A stretch of DNA of 64,000 nucleotides from Salpingoeca rosetta (lineage: Eukaryota > Protista > Choanoflagellata), in contig JAWQFM010000023.1 of assembly GCA_033442325.1 (NCBI GenBank), positions 62,001 through 126,000 on the forward strand. Reading direction: 5' to 3'. Positions 33,752-61,718 of this stretch are shown one piece after another (position 1 is the stretch's first letter; the number at the start of each line of letters is the position of its first letter). The translations under genes and the position numbers were made by a program. The notes under the pieces were generated by a model. The model made no database searches and was not told where the DNA came from. It worked only from the letters and a program-made list of their open reading frames with translations.

Positions 33752-35216
33752 CATATACACATATGCACGCACGCACGCACACACTCTCTCTGCTGCAGCT
33801 CCGCCGCGAGCAGGGCGACCCATCATCATCATCATCTGCGCATGTGCGCGGGGGTGTGGATATGGATACGCACCAGCGGGCACTTGAGGAGCTCATGGCA
33901 TTGGAGAAGGATGCTGTGCAGGCGCAGAAACAACACGTGAGTGCCCTGGCTGGTGTTGGTCGCGGTGTTCGTGGTATTCGGCACGATAATGGTGGCAGTC
34001 TTGTGTGAATGGGATGGCACACAGCACATGCATGCTCCCTCATGTGCGCGTACTCGCGTGCGTGCGTTACTGTACACGTGATGACTCACAACTCCACCGC
34101 ATCACCACCACCATCATCACGCCACCACCACCACCACCATCTGTGCGAGCAGCAAGCGGCGCAGGAGGAGATACGGTTCATGGCCGAGCAGATGACACGC
34201 GAGCAGGGCCAGCGCGCGCGCGAGATGGAGGACATGCACATGCAGCTCCACGATTCAAAGGTGCTGCTGGTAGCGTCTGTTGTTGTTTCGTCGTGCATGA
34301 TCAGTTGCAATTGTGCTTGTTCGATCATGTTGCTTGCTTGGTTCTGCTTGCGCATCGGTGGCGCATAGGATACATTGCGAATATCCCTTTCCCTTCTCAC
34401 TTCCCCCTTCAACCCCTTCATCCCTCTCATTCCACTTCACTGCCTTCACCCCTTTAACCCTGCAGAGTGCGTACGATGCGCTGCTGAGCCGGTACGCGTC
34501 GCTCGAGCGCGCCTATCAGGCCCTGCAGGTGCAGCTGGAGGAGGCATACCGCATGCAGCGCAATGCACAGGCACAGGCCATCTACGCCACCACCAATGCC
34601 ACCACCAATGCCACCACCACGGGGGCGGCGCGACGGGAGGACACGTTGCGGTCGGCAGCACCGCCATCGGCGTCGTCGTCGGTGCCGGGCTACTCGGCTT
34701 CTCTTCGTCGCATTCGCGTGGATGCGCTCGAGAACTGGGGGGACGGGTACCATGCCATGCCCACAGGAGGGTCAGTCTCTCATCGCTGCGGGGGGAGGGG
34801 GGGATTTGGTGGTTGTAGCGGTGGTGGAGGTGTGGGCTGGTGAGTGTGGGATGTTGGCGGTGTGGGTGTGTCGGTGCTGGCGCGAAGAGCGTGATGGTGT
34901 GAGGACGAAGGTTCTGTGCGCACTGCGTGCATGTGTCAGGCGCTGTATTTCGCCATATGCTGTATTGACATCCTCATAACCCCTGTCAACCTTTCCACCA
35001 CACACCACAACACAACCACAGCCCGAAGAATGCGTACTACTTCCCTGTGAATGTGCAGGAGTCGATGTTGTCGCAGGAGCATGCACTGCTCGGGCCAGCG
35101 TGGCTGCGCATTGCACCGACAAGCGTCGCCCTTCTTGCACAGCAGTCCTGGGACCTCATCATGGAGTGCCCGCTCAGCTGCGTCAGAAAGTGAGCTGTAG
35201 CCAGCTGCGCAGAGTG

Positions 35217-35254
<38 letters not shown>

Positions 35255-35358
35255 CGTCTGTCTGTCTATCTGTGGGCACCTTTTGCAATGCGTGTGTGAT
35301 CTGAACAGGCACAATCAACTGCCGACTCATGCTATCCAACCAACAAACCCAACACGAA

Positions 35359-35447
<89 letters not shown>

Positions 35448-35606
35448 CACCTCACTCCTTTATGCTGCAGGTTTGGCAAGGATGAAGGCGTGCTGTCGTT
35501 TGAGCTTGGGCGCCACGCCCCCACGGGCCAGGGCGTGCTGTACCTGGCCACCATCCACATGACAGATATCTTCGACGTCCTTGGCCGCCTCACAGGCTCT
35601 CGCTGA
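32453..35606 (+). CDS. Coiled-coil protein with a C-terminal IRS/Dok-type PTB domain
   Basis: Several heptad-rich exons (VERLQQECRSLRIQLDEEKEENRILQNERDRL and others). Exons 35022-35189 and 35471-35606 splice to YYFPVNVQES...LLGPAWLRIAPTSVALL...ECPLSCVRKFGKDEGVLSFELGRHAPTGQGVLYLAT...DIF, matching the Dok/FRS2 PTB signature RRYG...FSFEAGRRCxxGxG. Confidence 0.85.
32810..32960. repeat. (ATC)n intronic trinucleotide tract
   Basis: Seen directly; it explains the poly-I, poly-S and poly-M artefact ORFs. Confidence 0.9.
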
Positions 35607-36246
35607 ATACCCCAATCCACACGCATGTGCACACACACACACGCATGTGCACACACACACGCATGTGCACACATGTTCCCATACACACCTCTCACATGCT
35701 AGCACCCGTGCCATCATACACGCATACCATCACATGCTTAATCTCTGCCCGTGCTTGCTTCTATTCTCCACTGTGCATGTCCCTGCATGTCCGTCCATCC
35801 TTCTTTATGCACGTTGTTGTTCTTGTTGCTGTGCACGCGTGCCGTTTGCTGCTGCTGTGTTTGCTTGTCAGTGTCTGTCCTAGCGGGTTCGACAGCACAT
35901 TGTTTGAATGGCTCCCTTTGTTCATAATGAATGTGAATGTTTGACATGTGTGTGACGTGTGACTTCTGGTTGCCGTGATTATGGTTGCGTGATGTTGGAA
36001 TGACATGCTGTCGTTCGTGTTTGCGTTTCCCTTCACCCACCTGCCTCCCCCCCCCCCCTTTCTCCCCCTATCCTGCAAATATATGGGGTTGTGCCGTATT
36101 GCTGTGATCTTCACGCCACACAGACAGCTTTTGTCGCTTGCGTGCGCGTCAAGCAAACTCGCATTCCCCCTTTCCCATGCCATGTTGCACGTGTTTGTGC
36201 ACATGCATCAAGCAATGTACCACCAAGCTGATGAATGGCGGACTGA

Positions 36247-36277
<31 letters not shown>

Positions 36278-36304
36278 CGAGTGTGTGTGTGTGTGTGTGT
36301 GCGC

Positions 36305-36343
<39 letters not shown>

Positions 36344-36525
36344 ACAGTCATGAGTCGTCATTCACCAAAACCATAACGTCCTTCAAAGCAGTTCGTGTAC
36401 TCGTCAGTTCACACACATGCACGCACGCATACAAAGAGCTAGGGCAGGAATGAACAAAAAGCAAGGTCTAGTGTAACGTACAAGCAGTTTTGCACATGCA
36501 CTCGCACAGACAAGTGTGTGGCACA

Positions 36526-36673
36526 TCAGTCGTCGTCGGACCAAGCATAGTCCTTATGCTGGGAGGCAACTGCCTGTTGTGAGGGCACGCGATACACGAC
36601 ACGTCCAGCGCTCCCACGTCCATTCTCCACACCACCATCATCATCGCCATCATCATCATCATCACCATCATCA

Positions 36674-36706
<33 letters not shown>

Positions 36707-37272
36707 GCCGTGCGTGTATGTCCGGCGAGTGCCGCCCGCTCCTCTCGCGTCAGCTCAAGCCCGTCCTGGATGGTGGTGATGATGATGATGGCGGTGGTGG
36801 TCGTCATTCGTGGGCAAACTAAGTGTGCGGCAGCGTCAGCGTTACCAACCACGACACGAGGTCGTGTCAGCCAATGCACCAAACAAAAATCGCCTCACAA
36901 CATCACCGTACCTGCTTCTTCTGCTGTCGTCCCACGCGTCGTGGAAACCGCACACGTGAGGATCTGTGGCGTGCACATGCGCATGAGTGAAAGCAGGGCG
37001 GCCGTCGAGTTAATGGTCCGCGTAACGCGCACCTTCATGCAAGCACACGAACACACGCGCACACACGCACACACGCGTTCACTTCCACTCCATCCCCCCC
37101 CCCCCCCCCCAAAAAAAAAAAAAAAACAGTCGGCACAGATCACGAACCTCTTGTTGCCAAAGGTGCGGCGCATGTACACGTCTGCATCATCACGGTTGAC
37201 TTGCTTCTGTACACATGAGTTGAAGCCGCGTGAGCGGAAGAAGCAGTACTTGACCGCCGTGTCAACAAGGGA

Positions 37273-37341
<69 letters not shown>

Positions 37342-39094
37342 CGCACACACACGACGCACACACTATCCACACCTTGAGAAGGCCTGGCGAGTCTGGATCA
37401 GCGGCAAGTGACGTGTTGAGCGAGCTGTCACCAGTTGTCGCGCCCGCATCATCGTCCTCGTCGTCATCATCGTCATCATTGAATCCAGGCACAGATGCAG
37501 TGACGCGCGAGGACAGCACAATTTTTGGTCGCTTGCGGTTGCGCTGCGGCGTGCTATCAAACAGATCATCCTCGTGGCCCTGGCACACAACAAGAACACA
37601 AGAACACACGCATGCACACACGCGTGCACACACATCCACAAACAAACAAACACACACACGAGCGGCCCAGTGTGAGTGCATGTGTTCATGTGTGAAGGAA
37701 TGTGACTGTTTGTTGTTGTTTTGTTGCTGTCACGACACTGCATGCAGAACCACAGCATAGCACCGCGTACCTTGTTTGTTGCCTCCATCGCCTCCCTGAC
37801 TTGCCGCTTCCACTTGAGTGTGCCCACGCCAGCGTCAATCACAGGTCGTTGCTCCTCCTCTTCCTCATCATCATCATCACCATCGTCATCACCATCGTCG
37901 CTGTCATCGTGGCCACCCTTCCCAGCCTTTCCTTTTCGTCTGCCACCACCACCACCACCACCACCACCACTGCTGCTCCCCTTCTGTTTTGCCTTTGTGT
38001 CCATCAAGGTCATGTGCATGTGGCAGCACTCGTGCGGACTGCGCGTGCCGACAATCTTGGCGACGTACTTCCAAAATCCTGTGGTGTGCGCATGAGACAG
38101 GGATGGTGAAGTCGCGCGCGCGTGTGTGTGTGTGTGCACGTAGCAGATACGGAGAGCACAGGAGAGGAAAGAGAAAGACGCAGAACCGAGGTGCACACAA
38201 GCTGACAACACACACACGCACACACACACACAAGCTCACACACACGCACACAAGCTGACAACACACACACACACACACGCACACACGCACACAAGCTCAC
38301 ACACACGCGCCACTGACCTGGCTTGCCGGCGATCTTTGATGCAAAGTGGACGGCGTTCTGAAGACGGCGCAGCTCCCGCTCCGTCCACTCGGACGAACTC
38401 GACGCTGATGGTGGTGGTGGTGGTGGTGGTGGACATGAATGCTATGAGGAAGGCTTGCGTGCTTGCGATGAGACACGCAGGTGTGCACGTGTGTGTGTGT
38501 GTGTATGAGTGTGTGTGCCAGCACTGGTACCTCGCGCTCTCGTGCACCAGACCTGATGTGCCGTTACTGCCATCGCCTCCAGTTGTCGTCGTTGCATCGG
38601 TGTCACCACCAGTGTTCGGTTTCGTGGCGTCGTGCGTTCCAGCGCCACCTCCCTGCTTGGGTGACGGCGGTGATTTGTTCGTCTGACTGCGCTGACTACT
38701 GCGGTTAGAGAAGCTGGCGGTGACAGCAACAGGGCGTGTGGTGGTGGTGGTGGTGGTGGTGGTGGTGATGTGAGTTTGAGATGAAGCCCCCTCAAACCCG
38801 TGGCGCACACAAACGCATGTACACACATGCACATGTGTACGCACGTGCACACGCACGCGCATGTTTCCGCACATGTACGCACATTCACATTCACACACAC
38901 ACATACACACGAATGCACTGCCAGGCAGCGAGCGATGCACCTGTTCTCGTCGATGACAATGACCTCCTTTGTGTAGTTGATGTGCTGCCGTCGTGGCCGC
39001 AATCGACGCGGTGACGGGTCAGCGAGCGACGAGGGCGCAGTGTGGAGGATCGCCTCAGGATCACCACCATTACCGTCATCATCATCATCATCAT

Positions 39095-39126
<32 letters not shown>

Positions 39127-39569
39127 CCATTACCGTCATCATAATCATCATCGTCATCATCCTTGCTACCGTCCTTGTCGTCATTGTTGGTGTTGTTCAC
39201 CTCTGCGATTTCTCTGTTGCCAGACTGCGTGTTCTTATCATCACCATCACCGTCACCATCCACTTCCTCCTGCTCCTCTTGCGTCACGTCCTCGGCCAAA
39301 TCCTGCGATGTCTCCTGTGTCGATGCGCTCGCGTTCATTTGTGTCTGGGCCTGTGTCTGAGTCTGTGTCTGTGCCGTGGGGTGTGTTGGTGCTGCACTGT
39401 TAGCGGCGTGTGCACCTTCACTGCTGCCATCACCGTTGTTGCCCCTCGCGTCCTTGTTCACACGGGGTTGCGATTGTGATTGCGACTGCGATTGTGATTG
39501 CGATGTGCTGCTGTCGTCATCAACGACGAATTGCGGCCCCATCGTCTTCACAGGCGGTTGAGAGTCATC

Positions 39570-39600
<31 letters not shown>

Positions 39601-40285
39601 TCGTCGTCGTCGTCGTCATCTTCATCATGTTCGCAACCTTTTCAGTGTGCGTGTGTGTGTGTGTGTGTAACGACGCAGTGTTAACGTACATAAAAAAAAG
39701 AAAGAGCTCACCGCACGTCAAGGAAGCCACCTCAGCCACACAGCATCACACTGCACCACCACGCCACGCCACACTGCACCACACCCCATCAGCAGCCGTG
39801 CAATGCATCACCTCTCTTCGCGCGCTTGGCAGCGTGATCGTCCGTGCCGCTGCTCGCTGCGGCTGCTGTCTTGCTCACAGCTGCACGCGTCGTGTTGGTG
39901 ATGGTCTTCTTTGCTGTTCGGCGCCGTGTTGTGGCGAGCGGAGATGCCGACGACGGTGGCGATGGCGGCGATGTGCTGGCGGTCGTCGTCGTGGTCGTGG
40001 GTGTGGTGGTGGTGTTGGTGCTGCTGGGCTTGGGTGTCTGCAGCAGACACACAAAGACAATGAGAACGGGAGCCATCTGAGGGATGCGGGTTGAAACACA
40101 GGCAAGCCACAGGTGGAAAGGGAGAACGAAATCTCTCGGCACCGTCCCCCGCCCACACACACAGACACAGGCACACAACACAGACACACAACACAGACAC
40201 ACGCACACGCACACGCACACGCACACGCACACGCACACGCACACACAACACACACACAGACACACACACACGCACGCACGCACTT

Positions 40286-40322
<37 letters not shown>

Positions 40323-42098
40323 GAACATACAACTTCATCACACGGCCACCCTCACCTTGCGTCTGCTTGCGAACCGCACGCCCTCTGGTGTCTTCATCTC
40401 TGCCTGTCGCGTGTCGCCGCGGTAGCCAATGCACTCGCCTGTCCCGCTGTACTTGTAGCGCTGATGGTGGTGATGGTGGTGATGGTGGTGATGGTGGTGC
40501 AGGAGATGGGAAAGGAACGACGTGTTAATCATCACGCAACCACGCCCTCATGATCTCGTGCACCCATGCAACGGCACATCGCTGGTGTTGTTCCTCCTCC
40601 CAAACCTGTCGAGAATACAACACAAAGCAACACACACAACACAATACAATACAAACAAAGAGCAACAACCAACAAGTAAACGTGACACAACTACATACGT
40701 GCATTCATGAACAAACCATGCCTGCAGGCAACCCACCTCGCCACGCCACCATTCTGCACGCTTCTTCAAGGTCCGCCCAGATCGTGAACGACCAATGATT
40801 GGAACAGCAACATCACCACCACCTCGGCTGTCGTGGTGCTGCTTGCTTGCGGCGGCTGATGATGGTGTTCGCGGTGCGGATGATGTGGATGATGTGGATG
40901 ATCGTTTGCCCGCTGGTGCTGTTGATGCTGGTGTCGTTGTTGTCGATGTTGATGCTGCTGTTCCCTTTGACGCTGCAGGAGACGCACGCAAACCACTGCC
41001 GCCACCTCCTCCAGTGCTGGCTCTACTCGTTCGTCGCTGTGTCTGTTTTTTCTTCCCTGTCGATGCCTTGCTGGTGCTGCTGGCCTTGGGGGTGCTGGTG
41101 CCAGTGTTGTTGCTTTTGCTTCCAGCTTTCGACGATGCCCGCCTTTGCTTGTTGGCACTGCTCTGCTCCTTATCCTTCTTGGGGACCTTATTCGTCGCTG
41201 CTGATGTTGTTGATGTTGCTGCGGTCTTCGTGTTTTGCGCTGCGCCACGCCCCTTGCCGTGATACTTCCTGAACGTATCCTGCCACGTGGAGGGGAAGCC
41301 GCCTTTGTTGCCGTTGGCGCGCGCAAAACTCCGGGCCACATTGTAGTTGAACCCAAACGAGCGCGCCTTGTCAATCTGTGCAACAGGACGCGCACAGTGG
41401 TGATGGCAGGGTGGTGAGATGAAGTCACGGGGCATGTGCAATGAACATGGATGAGTGAAAACGCACAGGGACAAAAGCTGCAGTTGTACGAGCATCTACA
41501 TGCGCCAAACACTATTCAGCCACAGAACACCGGACACACACACACATACACAGAATGCACACACACACACATACACAGAATGCACACACACATACACACA
41601 CACGCGCGCGCGCGCACGCACACTGACCACAAACGGGGGTTCGAGGATGTACTGTGACCCGCTCTTGGTGACAACGGTCGTGGCATCAATTCGATCCACA
41701 ATCTTTGACGAATGCCACACTATGGCCGTGTCATTCGCCATCTTGTACCCCTCAACCTGCAGCCCGTCGTCGCAGAACTTCACCCACCAGCTCTTCAGCA
41801 CCGTGGGTGGTTTGAGCGTGGATGCAGCGGTGCGGAGTGGGGGCTTGCCCGACGACGCCTTGCTCCTCGATGTGGTCGTGGCCGGTGTCTTCTTTGAATG
41901 GGAGCGTCGACGTGTGCGGGTGCGCGGTGACGAGCTGCCGTCGCCATCATCATCATCAATTTCATCCCCATCATCATCGGCATCACCGCCACTTGTTGGT
42001 GCGGGCGACATCTGCATGTGCCGAACTGACTTGCGCGCTGTCTGCCGCGGGATTTGATACGACCGCCGCGGTGGCATCGCTGGTGGCTCTTCTTCTTC

Positions 42099-42131
<33 letters not shown>

Positions 42132-43698
42132 TTCTTCTTCTTCTTCTTCTTCTTCTTCTTCTTCTTCTTCTTCTTCTTCTTCTTCTTCTTCTTCTTCTTC
42201 TTCGTCCTCCTCTTCTTCCTCGTCTTCATCAACCTCACCACCACCATCGTCATCAGCACGACTTGTCCTGGCTGCATGCTGACCAGTGGTGCCAACACGA
42301 CGGGCAGCGCTCTTCTGGTATTGCGTCTGCAGCTCCTCCTCGTCCACGTCTTCGTCTTCATCGTCTGGATTGAACTCTTCCTCAGATTCAGACAGGCTCA
42401 CATCACCATCATCACCATCCTCCTCGTCATCATCATCTTCGCGCTGCAACACACGCACGTCAACACGGTTGCCCGCCACGTGATGCGCCCAGTGCGTGCC
42501 GGTTTGATGCATTGCCTCATCGCGTTTGCCGCTGTCCTCGGCATCGTGATATTGATCATCGTACCCAGTGTCCATGTCTGCCGCTTCAACTCCCATCATT
42601 TCCGCACCACCATGCCTCCTGTCCACAACTTTCTCCTCCTGTTGCTGATGATGCTGCTGCTGTTGTTGTTTTTGTTTTTGTTGTTGTTGTTGTTGTCGGT
42701 GGTGTGAGCGGGTGCCTGACATGCGTCGTGTCGCAGGTCTCGATGTCGCCATTGACGCGGGTGAGTCGAAATCCGGCGGCGGCGGCGGTGATATGACGGC
42801 AGGTGTTGTTGCCATTGGTGTTCGCGGAGTGTGGTGCGGTGTCTTCGTGGCTGCTGTGGATGCTGTTGAAGTTGACGGGGTCGTAATTGCTGCTGTTGCT
42901 GCTGCTGCTGAGGACGACAGCGCCTGAGAATGCAACGCAACAGTCACATGAAAGGATTGGTGCATCAGCGTGATGATGGTTGAAGTTGACAAGGGCTTGT
43001 ACTTGTCATCACACATGGGCGCAGGCAAAGGTAGTGCGCTCCTCGCACATAGACACACACGCACGCGCGTGCAATGCGCAGACGTGCAATGCACCAACTG
43101 CTGTAACACACAGAACACATTTACATAGCACCACCACTGCCACCACCGCTTCCACTGCCAACGCGCTCACCTTTGGCAGTGGGGAAGCCTTGAGCAAGCT
43201 TTCGAACGAGGCACGAGCGCTCTTGAAATCAAACATGGGCGCAGATCGCCGGGCGACAGGCCGTGCCATCCCCGGTGTAGATTGTGGACCAGGTGAGTGC
43301 ACGTGAGTGCTTGGACGGTGCTGGTGGCTGGTGTGGGCCGAGTTTGGGGCTGCGCGCGGCGCTGGCGCCCATGCTGGCGTGGACAGTGGCGCAACGTAAC
43401 CCTTCGTAGGCGGTAGATGGGGCGCAACCCTTGCCGGGTTTGAACCAGGCGCTGCAGGGGACGGACGATAAGCTGGCGGTGGTGGCGGTGCATGCGCGGC
43501 GCGCCGTGCCGACCCCACTGCTGCTGGGGTTGAAGTTGACGAGGCCGCCGAGGACGCCACAGGCCGAGGCGGTGTGGTGGCCGCTGCGGGTGCTGCTGTT
43601 GTGGATGCCCCAGTCCTGCGTGCATGCAGCGGCATGGGAGACTTGAGGGCCGTTGGGTCACGCACGCGAAAGATAGCTCCACTCCGCAGTGGATCCAT
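36526..43698 (-). CDS. MIS18BP1: Mis18-binding protein 1 / KNL2 (CENP-A loading factor)
   Basis: SANTA (VLKSWWVK...VEGY...WHSSKIVDRI...TKSGSQYIL...GFPSTW); RSRSGRTLKKRAEWWRGE|RY; SANT (EWTERELRRL...KP|GFWKYVAKIVGTRSPHEC); C-terminal AGVGTLKWKRQVRE...HEDDLFDSTP and SPGLLK|QVNRDDADVY. Confidence 0.92.
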
Positions 43699-44210
43699 GC
43701 TTGATGGTTTTTTGTGGTGGGTTCGTGCCTTGGTGGCTGGGCTGGCTGGGTGGCTTGCCTTCAGACGCACAGCCAGTCAAACACGCAAACAGACACACGA
43801 AAGGACTGGTGTGGAATGCCGTGTGTGAGGAAGCTGTGCGTGCGTGTGCGTGTGTGTTTGGCTGCAAGCTGTTGTGGGTGAAGGGCAGTGACAACTGCAA
43901 CGACCCACGTCACGCTGTCTTCCACACACACAACGTCCGCAGCCGTTGTGGTTGTTGGCGATTTGCGGATATTTTCAGTAAATTTTCCTTGGCTGGCAAC
44001 CAAAACACACAAACCGCAGCAGACAGCAGACGAGGACGCACAAGCGAGCGGTGTTGGTGTTGGTGTTGGTGTGCTGGTGTGCACAAGCGTCGGCACAGTT
44101 GCACTTCAACCCACAGCAATACACAGCACACACTCACACACTCACACACACATACGCAGTGACACGCACATACACACGTACAAGTACAAGTACAACCACA
44201 CGCCAAGATC
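43699..44210. promoter_or_regulatory. Probable bidirectional promoter region KNL2/CFAP46 with two RFX-like half sites
   Basis: Divergent starts about 510 bp apart. AT-rich core gatattttcagtaaatttt at 43968-43986; TGACAAC at 43889-43895 and TGGCAAC at 43994-44000 (GTTGYCA on the minus strand). Confidence 0.5.
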
Positions 44211-60293
<16,083 letters not shown>

Positions 60294-60597
60294 GCAGACA
60301 CTCTTGTCTGTTGTTTCGTTTGTTTGGTTTGTTTGTTTGTTTGTTCGTTTGGTCGTTTGGTCGTTTGCAAGTTGAATTTGGGACGGGTGTATTGTCGATT
60401 TGTACAAAGGACTGGCACATAGCTGACAGTTGTGCTCGTTTATCGTGTACGAAGGGCTCCATTAAACCGCAAACCAACTCATCAAGTACAGCGTTTCGTC
60501 AAGTAATCGCCAAGCACTTCTTATCGCAACCACGTTGCTTCCAACGATGAATGTCACGACGCACGCACAATCACACACACACACACACAATCGTACA

Positions 60598-60676
60598 CTA
60601 TGAGAGCTTTCGCGTACTTCCAAACTGTGCGAAGATGTCGTGGCTGTGAGAGGTCTGCACTTCTTCCAGCACGACC

Positions 60677-60709
<33 letters not shown>

Positions 60710-61667
60710 GCATCATCATCATCAGCATCATCATTCGCATAAGCATTGACGCTGTCGTTGTGCCAATTGTCATCACGATGGTGTTCTCGTGCATCGTGAT
60801 GGACATAAGACAACGAGTCATTCACTCCAACAACGCTGCTCTCCGCTGCAACTGCTTCCATTACACTTTCATCGCCCCACCCATCATCATCATCATCATC
60901 ATCATCGTCATTGTTATCACCAAAGCGAAAACTGTTGTCATCATCACCACCATCATCATCAGTCAGGTCAATCACGACTGGTTCGTTGTATGCGTTGTGG
61001 GCGCTGGTAATCCCCTGTAATTGCAGCGCGCTGGCCGTTGTCCTTCCAGTTCTCGTTTCCTCTGTTTGCCTTGCTGTGCCTTTGTTTGTGCTTGCTTCTG
61101 TTTGTGTTGCTGCTGCCGTGTCTCTCTGCACTGTCCCTGTAGCTGATTCTGCTGCTGCCATCGGCGGTATGTGCTCTGACACGAGCTGCGTGTGGAGCGT
61201 GGCCAGCACGTGCACAGTCTCCAGGAATGACGTTGTGCGGTGCACCGTAAACTGCAGTCAAGCACGCGCGGCAGATATATGCGTTGCTGCTGGTGAATGT
61301 GCTGGTACGGATAGTGCATTTCAGCAACTTTGAAACATCACACGCACGTACACACACGCACGCACGCGTACGCACACACACACGCGCGCGCGCACAAATA
61401 CTCACATGCACACACTCGCTCATCCGCTTGTATGTGTACAATGCCTGCGTCCAAACAGTCACACCAAGTCACACACAGTCAATGCCAACGTACCTTCTCG
61501 TCGCGCAACTCTTGCAGTTTCGCTTCGATTTCGGACTCGGTTGCCTGGCCATGTTTGCTGATGCACCCGCGCGCACAGCACGTGCCGACACGAAATCCAC
61601 TGTACGTCCCCTCCACAATGTAATGGAGTTGTGTGCTGTGTATGTATGTGTGTTGTGTGTATTTTGT

Positions 61668-61718
<51 letters not shown>

